The notes under the pieces are model-generated. The model did not search any database. It worked only from the letters and a program-made list of their open reading frames with translations, and had not been told where the DNA came from. DNA of 64,000 nucleotides from Alphaproteobacteria bacterium (GTDB lineage: Bacteria; Pseudomonadota; Alphaproteobacteria; Bin95). The stretch covers positions 448,001-512,000 of the forward strand of contig OZ219787.1 in assembly GCA_964291285.2 (NCBI GenBank). Direction: 5' to 3'. Positions 44,872 to 54,394 of the stretch are shown here, piece after piece. Within the stretch, counting starts at the first letter, position 1; every line of letters starts with the position of its first letter. The position numbers and the translations under genes were made by a program.

Positions 44872-45201
44872 ATGGCCACGCAGACACCGCCCGACCGGGA
44901 CGCGGTCCGCAGTTTCGTTCCGAAGATGATCGAGATGACCGAGAAGGTCGTCTACGGCGACGTCTGGGAGCGCGAAGAACTGTCGAAGCGCGACCGCAGC
45001 CTGATTACCGTGGCGACGCTGGTGGCGCTCGGCCGCGAGCGGCAGTTGAAGGGCCATGTCGGCCGCGCGCTCGACAATGGCGTGACGCCGGAGGAACTCT
45101 CCGAGCTCATCACCCATCTGGCGCTCTATGCCGGCTGGCCGGCGGCGATGACGGCGGCGCTGGTCGCCAAAGACGTGGTCGCCGAGCGCGGGGCCGAATG
45201 A
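44872..45201 (+). CDS. Carboxymuconolactone decarboxylase-family protein
   Basis: YGDVWER, LSKRDRSLITVA, HLALYAGWP. Confidence 0.92.
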   Translation: MATQTPPDRDAVRSFVPKMIEMTEKVVYGDVWEREELSKRDRSLITVATLVALGRERQLKGHVGRALDNGVTPEELSELITHLALYAGWPAAMTAALVAKDVVAERGAE

Positions 45202-46148
45202 AGCCGGCAGAAGGCCCGCATGTCTGGCGGGCCGCAGACCTCGCCGCCGACCGGTCCTGGGCCTTCGATCTTGAGCCGGCGGATATAGCGTCGCTGGAGG
45301 CAGGCCGCTTCGACCTGCCGCGCCTCGACGGGGTGCGCGCCGGGCTGGATCGCGGCCGCGGCCTCGCCCTGGTCCGGGGCCTGCCGGTCGCGCGCTACGG
45401 CGAGGAGACGGCGGCGGCGATCTTCACCGGCATCGGCGATGCGCTCGGGATCGCCGTATCGCAGAGCTACAGGGGCGACCGGATCGGCCATGTCCGCGAT
45501 ATCGGGGAAGCCGGGCGCTACTACACGGTCGGCGGCGCGCTCGAAATGCACATGGACCCGGTCGATGTCGTCGGGCTGCTCTGCCTGAAGAAGGCCGTCC
45601 GCGGCGGGGAAAGCCGTGTCGCCAGTTCGGCGGCGATCCACAACGCCGTGCTGGCGGAACGGCCCGACCTCGTTCCGGTGCTGCGCAGAGGCTTCCGTTA
45701 CACCAGCCGGCAGGAGGACAAGGCTGCCGGCGCGCCCCCGGTCACCCCGCACCGGGTGCCGGTGTTCGGCGAAATCGACGGCCGGTTCGCGGCCTTCCTG
45801 CTGCCGATCGCCATCCGCAATGCCGAGAAGGCGGGGGCGCCGCTCTCGCCGCTGGAGCGCGAGGCGCTGGACGCGGTCACCGGGACAGCCGCGCGGCCCG
45901 ACCTCGCCTATGAGATGGACCTTGAACCGGGCGACATGCAGTTCCTCAACAACCGGCTCATTCTTCACGGCCGCACCGATTACCGCGATGCGCCGGAGCC
46001 GGAGCGCAAGCGCCACATGCTGCGCCTCTGGCTGATGATGCCGGACTGGCCGCCGCGCCCGGAAACCATGACCATGCACGCGAGGCATGACCGCGCCGGC
46101 GGCGGCATCGCGCCGAAGACATCCGTTGCCACCGGGGGCCGTCCATGA
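45198..46148 (+). CDS. TauD/TfdA-family Fe(II)/2-oxoglutarate dioxygenase
   Basis: HMD facial motif, NNRLILHGR, RHMLRLWL. ATGA overlap. Confidence 0.9.
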   Translation: MKPAEGPHVWRAADLAADRSWAFDLEPADIASLEAGRFDLPRLDGVRAGLDRGRGLALVRGLPVARYGEETAAAIFTGIGDALGIAVSQSYRGDRIGHVRDIGEAGRYYTVGGALEMHMDPVDVVGLLCLKKAVRGGESRVASSAAIHNAVLAERPDLVPVLRRGFRYTSRQEDKAAGAPPVTPHRVPVFGEIDGRFAAFLLPIAIRNAEKAGAPLSPLEREALDAVTGTAARPDLAYEMDLEPGDMQFLNNRLILHGRTDYRDAPEPERKRHMLRLWLMMPDWPPRPETMTMHARHDRAGGGIAPKTSVATGGRP

Positions 46149-47323
46149 CCGGACACCGAATTGCGCCGCTTTCCGTCGAGGAGGCCGTCGCGCGCGGCGG
46201 CGAGGTGCGCATCCATCCCGACCTTGCGCGTCTCGAAGTCATGCGGGCGCTGCTGCACCATCCGCCGCTCGCCAAGGCCATCCAGACCTTGCTCATCATG
46301 CTGCTCTACAAGGGCCGGATACTGGACGAGCGGCTGCGCGAACTCCTCATCATGCGCATCGCCTGGCGGACGGCGTCCCTCTACGAGTGGACGCAGCACT
46401 GGCGCGTCGCCCGCGACCTCGGCATGGAGGAAGCCGACATTCTGGGCGTGCGCGACTGGCGCCGTTTCGCCGGCTACGGCCGGCCGGAGCACGCCGTGCT
46501 CGCCGCCGTCGACGAGACGCTCGACACCGGCGCCGTATCGCCCGCAACGATGGCGGAATGCCTCGAGGTCCTCGGCGGCCCCGCGCAGGGGATCGAGCTT
46601 CTGGCGGCAATCGGCAATTGGCGCATGTTCTCGCAATTGCTCCGGACCCTGCGCATCCCGCTGGAGGAAGGCGTGGTGCCCTGGCCGCCCGACGGCGGGA
46701 CGCCGCCCGAGCCCGCGATCGGCGTCTCGGGCGGCCTGGCGGGACGGGAAGGGGTGGACGGCGGCCCCGTTCTGCCGCTGCTCCCGCCCGACGAATCCGC
46801 AGCCCGAGGGAGGGAACTCGGCCTCGACGACGGACAGGCGCGGCGCGCGCCCTACCGGCTGCTGCTGCAGCATCCGCCGCTTGCAAGGGCGTTGAACGGC
46901 CTGCTCTCGCGCCTTCTCTATAACGGCGTGCTGGATGCCCGCGTGCGCGAGCTGGTCATCATGCGGACCGCCTGGCGCACCGGTTCGGCGGTCGAATGGG
47001 CGCGCCATGTGCCGTTCTGCCGGCGGATCGGCGTCAGCGACGCGGACCTGCTCGCGGTCAGGGGGCCTCTGGAGGACGCGGATTTCACCGCAGCCGAGCG
47101 CGCTGCGCTCATGGCGACCGACGACACGCTGGAGACCGGCGCTGTCGGGGACCAGGCCTGGGCGGCCTGCGAGGCGGCGTTCGAGACCGTGCCCGAACTG
47201 CTGGAACTGGTGGCGGCGATTTCCCACTGGCGCATGTACTCGCAAATCCTGCGCAGCAGCGGCGCGCCGCATGAGGAAGGCGACACGGTCTGGGCGCCGG
47301 ACGGCCGGTTCCCGGCAGGCTGA
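46145..47323 (+). CDS. Tandem-duplicated CMD/AhpD-like protein
   Basis: Two copies of LLxHPPLA...LDxRxRELxIMRxAWRTxSxxEWxxH. Confidence 0.88.
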   Translation: MTGHRIAPLSVEEAVARGGEVRIHPDLARLEVMRALLHHPPLAKAIQTLLIMLLYKGRILDERLRELLIMRIAWRTASLYEWTQHWRVARDLGMEEADILGVRDWRRFAGYGRPEHAVLAAVDETLDTGAVSPATMAECLEVLGGPAQGIELLAAIGNWRMFSQLLRTLRIPLEEGVVPWPPDGGTPPEPAIGVSGGLAGREGVDGGPVLPLLPPDESAARGRELGLDDGQARRAPYRLLLQHPPLARALNGLLSRLLYNGVLDARVRELVIMRTAWRTGSAVEWARHVPFCRRIGVSDADLLAVRGPLEDADFTAAERAALMATDDTLETGAVGDQAWAACEAAFETVPELLELVAAISHWRMYSQILRSSGAPHEEGDTVWAPDGRFPAG

Positions 47324-47339
47324 GGCGGAAGGCAGGCGC

Positions 47340-47978
47340 ATGCACCCGTCGCCGCTGTTCCGGCAGGCTTCCCGGGAGGCCAACCTGGCCTTTGCGGGAG
47401 AGCGCGGCTTCGGCGTTCTCGCCGTCGGCGCGGGCGATACCGGCGGGCCCCTGCTCAGCCACATCCCGTTCCTGCTGGCGGAGGACGGCAGCGCGGTCCA
47501 CGCCCATCTCGCCCGGCCCAACCCGATCCTGCGGTGCCTGGAGGACGGGGAGCGGCCGGCCGTGCTGGCGGTCGGCGGCCCGGACGGCTACATCTCGCCG
47601 GACTGGTACGAGGCCGGCCCCGGGCTGGTGCCGACATGGAACTATGTGGCGGTGCATCTGCGCGGCGTGCTGAGGCTCCGACCGGAAGAAACCCTGCGCT
47701 CCCATCTGGATGAACTGGCGGCGCAATTCGAGGGCCGGCTGCATCCCAAGCCGCCCTGGCGGACTTCCAAAGTGCCGGAGCGTCAACTGGAGGCGCTGAT
47801 GCGGACGATCCTGCCGGTCGAGCTTGTCGTGGAAAGCGTGGACGGCACTTGGAAGCTCAACCAGAACCGGCCCGATGCGGCGCGGCTGACCGCCGCCGGC
47901 CATGTCGAGGCAGCGGGCTTCGGGATGGAGACTGCGCTGCTTGCGGGCCTGATGCGCAACCCGCCGGAGACGGACTGA
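47340..47978 (+). CDS. PaiB-like FMN-binding protein
   Basis: SHIPF, HLARPNP, GPDGYISPDWY, VPTWNY, KLNQNR. Confidence 0.92.
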   Translation: MHPSPLFRQASREANLAFAGERGFGVLAVGAGDTGGPLLSHIPFLLAEDGSAVHAHLARPNPILRCLEDGERPAVLAVGGPDGYISPDWYEAGPGLVPTWNYVAVHLRGVLRLRPEETLRSHLDELAAQFEGRLHPKPPWRTSKVPERQLEALMRTILPVELVVESVDGTWKLNQNRPDAARLTAAGHVEAAGFGMETALLAGLMRNPPETD

Positions 47979-47981
47979 CCC

Positions 47982-48704
47982 ATGCTGCGATTCGACGGCT
48001 ACAGGATATTGGTGACCGGCGGGTCGAGCGGCATAGGCAACGCCATGGCGACGGCATTCCGCGACGCTGGTGCGGAAGTGGCGGCGACGGGGACGAGGCC
48101 GCGCGACGCCTACGAAACCGACCTCGACGGGATCGAGTTCTACACCGTCGACGTCGGCGGCGAGGAACAGCGGCGCGCGCTGGCGGCGCGGTTCGACCGG
48201 CTGGACGTGCTGGTCAACAATGCCGGCATGGTCGCCTACCGGCGGGCGGAATACGAGCCGGAGACCTTCCGCCGGGTGCTGGAGGTCAATCTCGGCGCCG
48301 GCCTGCATCTGGCGACCCTGCTGCATGACCGGCTCGCGGCGCGCCCCGGTTCGGTCATCAACCTCTCCTCGATGACGGCCTTTTTCGGCAGCCAGGGCAA
48401 TCCGGGCTACGGGGCGAGCAAGGCCGGCATCGTGCAGATGACGAAGACGCTGGCCGTGGCCTGGGGCGGCGACGGCATTCGCGTCAACGCCGTCGCGCCG
48501 GGCTATGTCCACACGCAGATGACCGACCGCTTCAAGCAGAACGAAGAGGCGGACCGCGGGATCGTCGCGCGCACGCCGCTCGGCCGCTGGGGCCTGCCGG
48601 ACGACATGGCGAAGGTCGCGCTCTTCCTCGCCTCCGACCTCGCCGGCTTCGTCACCGGCCAGACGATCTCCGTGGACGGAGGCTTCGGCTGCGCCATCGG
48701 GTGA
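47982..48704 (+). CDS. Short-chain dehydrogenase/reductase
   Basis: TGGSSGIG, NNAG, YGASK. Confidence 0.95.
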   Translation: MLRFDGYRILVTGGSSGIGNAMATAFRDAGAEVAATGTRPRDAYETDLDGIEFYTVDVGGEEQRRALAARFDRLDVLVNNAGMVAYRRAEYEPETFRRVLEVNLGAGLHLATLLHDRLAARPGSVINLSSMTAFFGSQGNPGYGASKAGIVQMTKTLAVAWGGDGIRVNAVAPGYVHTQMTDRFKQNEEADRGIVARTPLGRWGLPDDMAKVALFLASDLAGFVTGQTISVDGGFGCAIG

Positions 48705-49198
48705 AATGAGCCGGAGCAGCATTTTGTTCCTAATTAGAGAAATATTTCGTGATTTGATATTGATTTTCTGAAAATCAGTCGCCAGATTAGGGCGGAGGAA
48801 TGAAGCGCCATCCGCGCGGGGCCCTTGCATTTCCCGTGTCGCGCCGGCGCGAAAAGGCCCCCGAGAAACGGACGGGAGGCGTGCGTCCTGCGCGCGCGGA
48901 CGCCCGCAGGCGCAATCAGGCGCGCGAACCGCGCCGGCGCAAACACGCGCCCGCGCCCGCACGCAGGCGCGCATTACACGCGAAACAGTGTCCCGCTGCC
49001 GGGAGGCGGGGAACGGAAAGGAGGAATGATGCAGGAGAGACCGGGCATGGAAAGGCAGGCGGGCCCCGGAACATGACAAAACATGACACTCCACATGACA
49101 CCCTGCGGGAGGCCCGGCAGCCCTGCCGCATTGCCTCCGCTGAAGTCCGGCGACAGGCAACCCTGCCCCGGATCCGGAAGACCGTCGATTCATCCGGA
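48705..49198. other. Unexplained 495-bp element between convergent genes (candidate MITE, dispersed repeat or sRNA)
   Basis: AT-rich block with palindrome TGATTTTC-T-GAAAATCA (48761-48777), a CGCG-rich tract, and ACATGACA x3 (49071, 49081, 49093). Confidence 0.45.
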
Positions 49199-51526
49199 TC
49201 AAACCGCGCTCCGGCTGCTGCTGCACTGCGCGTCCCGGATGGCACGCCACACCCGCTCGGGCGTCAGCGGCATCTCGATGTGGCGGACGCCCAGCTCCCT
49301 CAGCGCGTGGCAGACGGCGTTGACGAGGAGGCCGAGCGCGGGCGTGGTGCCGCCTTCGCCGCCGGGGCGGATGCCGAAGGGATGCGAGCTTGCCGGCACC
49401 TCGGTTATCAGCGTGGCTATCGGCGGCACCGTGTCGGCGCGCGGCATGGCGTAGTCCATGAAGGAGCCGGTGAGCAGCTGGCCGTTCTCCGGCGTGTAGC
49501 AGACCGCCTCCATCAGCGCCTGGCCGAGGCCCTGCGCCACCGCGCCCTGCGCCTGTCCGTGCAGGATCAGCGGATTGACCGCAAGGCCCACATCGTCGAG
49601 AGCGGTCCAGGCGGCGACATGCACATGGCCCGTCTCGGGATCGACCTCGACCTCGCAGACATGCGCGCCGTAGGGATAGCCGCCGGACCGGTCGGTGATG
49701 TCGCCGATGCCTTCCAGCGGCCCGTCGGCGAGGGACGCGGCCTCCGCAAGGCCGAGGCTGGCGCCGCCCGCCGCATGGAAGGCGCCTCCGCGCCAGACGA
49801 TGTCCTCGGGTGCAGCCTGCAGCGCACGGGCGGCAACGGCCCTGCCCCGCTCCAGCAATGCGGCGACCGCCCTGTCGATGGCGATGCTGGCGAGCCGCAT
49901 GGAGCGGCCCGAATGCGAGCCGCCGCCGACCGACACCCGCTCCGTGTCGTTGCAGATGTAGCGGATGCGCTCGAAAGGCACGCCCAGCCAGTCCGCGGCC
50001 AGCTGCGGAAAGCTGGTCTCGTGGCCCTGCCCGCTGCTCATCGTGCCGACGACGAGTTCAATCGTGCCGTCCGCCAGCGCCCGGAGCTCCGCCCGCTCGC
50101 GGGGAATGCCGCTCGTCACTTCGATATAGCTGGCGACCGCGATGCCCCGGCGGAGCCCCCGCCGGCGGGACGCCGCGCGGCGCGCCTCGAAGCCCGCCCA
50201 GTCGGCCGCCTCGAGCGCCCCGTCCATGCCGGCGGCATAGTCGCCGCTGTCATAGGTGACGCCGACGGCGTTGGTGAACGGCATGGCGTCGGGCGCGATC
50301 AGGTTCCGCCGGCGCAGTTCGACCCGGTCGAAGCCGTGCTCCTCGGCCGCGCGGTCGATCAGCCGCTCGATCGTGTAGATGGCCTCGGGCCGGCCGGCGC
50401 TGCGATAGACGGCGGTCGGCGCCGTATTGGTCAGCACCGCATGGCCCCGGAAATGGACGGCGGGAATGCGGTAGGTCCCCTGCATCATCGAGAGGCCCTT
50501 GCGCAGCGGCCAGAAATAGACCGTGTAGGCGCCGAGATTGAGCGTGTTCACGCCCCGGAGCGCGAGGAAATTGCCGTTACCGTCGAGCGCCAGCGCCGCC
50601 TCGGAACGGAGGTCGCGGGCCTGATAGTCGGTCAGGAAACATTCGCGCCGGTCGGCCGTCCACTTCACCGGCCGCCCCGTTCGCCGCGCCGCCCAGGGCA
50701 TGAGCGCGAATTCCGGCGAAAAGGCGTTCCTGGTGCCGAAATTGCCGCCCATGTCGCCGAACACGGCCCGGCAGTTCTCCAGCGGCGCGCCGAGCACCGC
50801 CGCAAGCCGCTCGCGCGTCTGCACGGCGCCGCGCCCGGAGGCCGCCCGCAGGGTGTAGCGGTCCGCCGAGGGATCGTACTCGCCGACAACGGCGCGCGGC
50901 TCCATGGGCACGCCGTTGACGCGGTGGATATGGCTTTCGAGCGTCACGACATGGGTGGCTTCCGCAAAGGCCGCGTCCGCCGCCTCGCGGTCGCCGACCT
51001 CGCAGGTGAGCGCCAGGTTGTTCGCGCAGCCGGGCCAGAGTTGCGGCGCCCCGCCGCCCATGGCGGCCCGCGCATCCGTCACGGCCGGCAGGGGCTCGTA
51101 GTCCACCGCAACCAGCTCTGCCGCGTCGGCCGCGAGCGCCGCGGTTTCGGCCACGACCAGCGCCACGGCCTCGCCGCAATAGCGCACGGTATCGACCGGC
51201 AGGGGCAGGTTCGGCACAAGCGCAACCTCGAAGCCGTCCGGCAGGCTGAGTTCGACATCGGGTCCGCCCTGCCAGTCCGGATTGTGCGGGATCGGCCCCA
51301 TCCCGTCGGCGGCCGCATCGGCGCCCGTCAGCACGGCGAGCACGCCCGGCAGGGCCGCGGCGCGCGAGGTGTCGATCCCGCGCAGGCGGGCATGGGCATG
51401 GGGGCTGCGCAGGACGAAGGCATATGCCGCCCCTTCGGGCGTGAAGTCGTCGGCATAGCGGCCCTGGCCCGTCACCAGCCGGCTGTCCTCCACCCGTCTT
51501 CTCGGCTTGCCGATTTCGCTCAACAC
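49199..51526 (-). CDS. Xanthine dehydrogenase/CoxL-family molybdopterin-binding large subunit
   Basis: RVEDSRLVTGQGRY, MGGNFG, VYRSAGRPEA, GQGHETSF, GQAQGAVAQGLG, GGEGG. GTG/TTG start after GGGGAG. Confidence 0.93.
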   Translation of the reverse strand: MLSEIGKPRRRVEDSRLVTGQGRYADDFTPEGAAYAFVLRSPHAHARLRGIDTSRAAALPGVLAVLTGADAAADGMGPIPHNPDWQGGPDVELSLPDGFEVALVPNLPLPVDTVRYCGEAVALVVAETAALAADAAELVAVDYEPLPAVTDARAAMGGGAPQLWPGCANNLALTCEVGDREAADAAFAEATHVVTLESHIHRVNGVPMEPRAVVGEYDPSADRYTLRAASGRGAVQTRERLAAVLGAPLENCRAVFGDMGGNFGTRNAFSPEFALMPWAARRTGRPVKWTADRRECFLTDYQARDLRSEAALALDGNGNFLALRGVNTLNLGAYTVYFWPLRKGLSMMQGTYRIPAVHFRGHAVLTNTAPTAVYRSAGRPEAIYTIERLIDRAAEEHGFDRVELRRRNLIAPDAMPFTNAVGVTYDSGDYAAGMDGALEAADWAGFEARRAASRRRGLRRGIAVASYIEVTSGIPRERAELRALADGTIELVVGTMSSGQGHETSFPQLAADWLGVPFERIRYICNDTERVSVGGGSHSGRSMRLASIAIDRAVAALLERGRAVAARALQAAPEDIVWRGGAFHAAGGASLGLAEAASLADGPLEGIGDITDRSGGYPYGAHVCEVEVDPETGHVHVAAWTALDDVGLAVNPLILHGQAQGAVAQGLGQALMEAVCYTPENGQLLTGSFMDYAMPRADTVPPIATLITEVPASSHPFGIRPGGEGGTTPALGLLVNAVCHALRELGVRHIEMPLTPERVWRAIRDAQCSSSRSAV

Positions 51527-51617
51527 CCCGACTCCCCCGCGCATCGGGTCATTCTTGGCAATGCCGGACGCTCCGGCAATGATGCGCTTCGTCCCGATTC
51601 ACGAACGGAGTGCCCCG

Positions 51618-52598
51618 GTGAAGGTCATCGACTCGCATGCCCATTACGTTCCCCAGACGGTGTTCGACACGCTTGCCAGGGGAGCGGCCCGCTTCGACGG
51701 GGTCGAATGCCTGCATGAGGACGGGCGCTTCCGCCTCGCCTTCGGGGGACGGGAGCCGACGCGGCCCGTCAATCCGAAGCTGCGCGAAGCCGATCAACGC
51801 TTGGCCTGGATGGACGGGCAGGGGCTGGACCGGCAGGTGGTCGCGCCCTGGACCGACAGCTTCGGCTACGAGCTGGAAGGCGGGACCGGGGCGGACTGGA
51901 ACCGCTTCTGCAACGAGGCGCTCTGGCGTGCCTGCGAGGGCGAGGAACGCCTGATCCCGCTGGCCGGCGTGCCGCTGCAGGACGGCGAGCGCGCCGCCGA
52001 GGCGCTCTGCGAAGCGCTCGACCACGGCTTCCGCGGCTTCATGATCGGCACGCAGCCTCATGGCGATTCCGGCATGCTCGACGACCCGTCGCTGGAGCCC
52101 TTCTGGGCGGCGGCGCATGAGCGCGGGGCCGTGCTCTATATCCACCCGATGTATGTGACGAGCGACCCGCGCGTCGTGGATTACGACATGGTCAATGCGG
52201 TCGGCAGGCTGGCGGACACGACGGTGGCCGTGGCGCGGATCCTGTTTTCGGGCCACGTGCTGAAATATTCGGGCGCGAAGCTGATCCTGAGCCATGGCGG
52301 CGCGGCGCTGCCCTTCGCGCTCGGCCGGCTGGCCAGGAACGTCGAGGCCCATCCGGGCCAGTACGCCGACCCGGCGGAAGGCCTCTCGCGGCTCTTTGTG
52401 GACAGCTGCGTGTTCCGGCCGGACGCGCTGCGCTTCCTGGTGGACCTGATGGGGGCGGAGCGCGTGATGCTGGGCTCCGACTATCCCTTCCCGATCGGCG
52501 ACCCGGAGCCCCGGAAGGTCGTGGACGACACGCCGCTCACGGAAGCCGAACGGGCCGAAATCCTGTCCGGTTCGACAGCGCGTTTGCTCGGGTTGTGA
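51618..52598 (+). CDS. Amidohydrolase_2 family (ACMSD-like decarboxylase)
   Basis: IDSHAH, YIHP, SHGGAALP, LGSDYPF. Confidence 0.9.
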   Translation: MKVIDSHAHYVPQTVFDTLARGAARFDGVECLHEDGRFRLAFGGREPTRPVNPKLREADQRLAWMDGQGLDRQVVAPWTDSFGYELEGGTGADWNRFCNEALWRACEGEERLIPLAGVPLQDGERAAEALCEALDHGFRGFMIGTQPHGDSGMLDDPSLEPFWAAAHERGAVLYIHPMYVTSDPRVVDYDMVNAVGRLADTTVAVARILFSGHVLKYSGAKLILSHGGAALPFALGRLARNVEAHPGQYADPAEGLSRLFVDSCVFRPDALRFLVDLMGAERVMLGSDYPFPIGDPEPRKVVDDTPLTEAERAEILSGSTARLLGL

Positions 52599-52656
52599 GG
52601 TGACATCCCGGCAAACCGCACTAGATTCCGGGAGATGGCTACCGGGAGGCCCGACG

Positions 52657-54240
52657 ATGCACCAGGGCTGGATCAGGGCCGTCAGCGTCGAGGAGCTTCG
52701 CCGCAAGGGCCGGACGGTCTTCCGGCTGGACGGCCGCCAGATCGCTCTCTTCGACACCGTGAAGGGCATCCGCGCCTGCAACAACCGCTGCCCGCATGAG
52801 GGCTATCCGCTGCGCGAAGGCACGCTCGACGCCGACTGCCTGCTCACCTGCAACTGGCACAACTGGAAGTTCGACCTGGAAACGGGAGAGAACCAGCGCG
52901 ACGGCGACAGGCTGCGCGTCTATCCGGTCGAGGTCCGCGACGGCGATGTGTGGGTCGAGATCGTCGATCCGCCCGTCGAGGAGCGCCTGTCGAAATCGCT
53001 TGAGGACCTGAAGCAGGGCTTCCGCGACCACGACTACGAACGGCTGGCGCGCGAGATCGCCCGGATCGCGCAGCTTGGCGTCGATCCCGCACGCGCCGTA
53101 AAGGAAGCGATCCGCTGGTCGCATGACAGGCTGGAATTCGGCTGGACGCATGCCTATGCCGGTGCGGCGGACTGGCTGACGCTTTACGACGAGCATGAGG
53201 ACGGGTCCGAAGACCGCCTCATCTGCCTGCTGGAGTCTGTCGGCCACATGGCCGAGGACACGCTGCGGGAGCGGCGCTACCCCTATGCCGAAGGCGTCGA
53301 GGCATGGGACGAGGAGGCTTTCTGCCGGGCGGTCGAGGAGGAAGACGAGGCGCGCGCCATCTGCCTGACCCGCGGCGCGGTCGCGACCGGCGATGCCTGG
53401 GGCGCCATGGAGCGCGGGCTGGCCCGGGCCGCGCTCGCCCACTATGCCGATTTCGGCCACTCCGCCATCTATGCGACCAAGGCCGGCGCACTGATCCGCC
53501 GGCTGGGCAAGGACATCGCCGAGCCGGTCCTGCTTTCGCTGGTAAGGGGGCTGGTGTCGGCCTTCCGCGAGGACCTGATCCCCGAATTCCGCGGCTACGG
53601 CGCGGCGCTGGAAAAATTCGGATCGGAACCGAACGGGGCGGCGCCCGCCGCGGCCGACTATGACGGCCTGAACGCCGACAGGGCGATGGCGTTCACCGCC
53701 CGGCACGGCAGCGCGCCGGCGCTCGACCTTTTCCGCAGCCTGCTCGGGGCCAATGCACTCAACATGGTGCGCTTCAACATCAGGCACCTGGACGACCTCG
53801 ACCAGCCCTATGGAAGCGATTTCGGCTGGCTCGACCTGACCCACGGGCTGACCTTTGCCGAAGCGGTGTTGGGTCTCTGTTCCAGATTTCCGGAGCTGTG
53901 GCCGTCGGGACTACTGCAGATGGCCTGTTTCGCCGGCCGCAATATCGGGCATCAGGACGAGCAGGTGGACCCGGACGACTGGACGATTGCCGACCCGGAC
54001 GCCTTTTTCGCCGAGACCGGGCGCACGCTCCTCGACCACGGCCAGGACCGGTACATCGTCTCCGTCCATCTGGTGAAAACGGCGTCATCGGTGCGCCGCC
54101 TGCTGGCTTCGGGCGAGGCGGGACGGTCCGGCGAACTGGCGCTCGCCGCCCTCAACCGCCTGCTGCATTCGCCGGTGCGCCGCAAGATGGTGCGCCGCAC
54201 GGCGCGCCAGGCCATGCGCTTCGTCGAGACCGACATTTAG
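52657..54240 (+). CDS. Rieske [2Fe-2S] (NirD-like) domain fused to an uncharacterised helical domain (527 aa)
   Basis: CPHEGYPL...CNWHNWKFDL. The C-terminal ~400 aa carry GWTHA, DFGHSAIY, LTHGLTF and SVHLVK. GGAGG RBS. Confidence 0.88.
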   Translation: MHQGWIRAVSVEELRRKGRTVFRLDGRQIALFDTVKGIRACNNRCPHEGYPLREGTLDADCLLTCNWHNWKFDLETGENQRDGDRLRVYPVEVRDGDVWVEIVDPPVEERLSKSLEDLKQGFRDHDYERLAREIARIAQLGVDPARAVKEAIRWSHDRLEFGWTHAYAGAADWLTLYDEHEDGSEDRLICLLESVGHMAEDTLRERRYPYAEGVEAWDEEAFCRAVEEEDEARAICLTRGAVATGDAWGAMERGLARAALAHYADFGHSAIYATKAGALIRRLGKDIAEPVLLSLVRGLVSAFREDLIPEFRGYGAALEKFGSEPNGAAPAAADYDGLNADRAMAFTARHGSAPALDLFRSLLGANALNMVRFNIRHLDDLDQPYGSDFGWLDLTHGLTFAEAVLGLCSRFPELWPSGLLQMACFAGRNIGHQDEQVDPDDWTIADPDAFFAETGRTLLDHGQDRYIVSVHLVKTASSVRRLLASGEAGRSGELALAALNRLLHSPVRRKMVRRTARQAMRFVETDI

Positions 54241-54394
54241 GTGCTTTGAACCGCTCCCGTCGCGCAATCGGCTCGGGTGGATTGCGGACGCCCGGGTTCC
54301 GGCGTGTAATGCCTCCGGGAGGATATCGCAGCAGCAGCGGCGGTCGGCCGGTAGTGCGGCGGAATCCAAGCATAACCCGGAAGGAGACAGGACC

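Noticed and set aside
49199-51526. Aerobic CO dehydrogenase (coxL form I)
   Set aside because: Lacks AYxCSFR and there are no coxM/coxS genes nearby.
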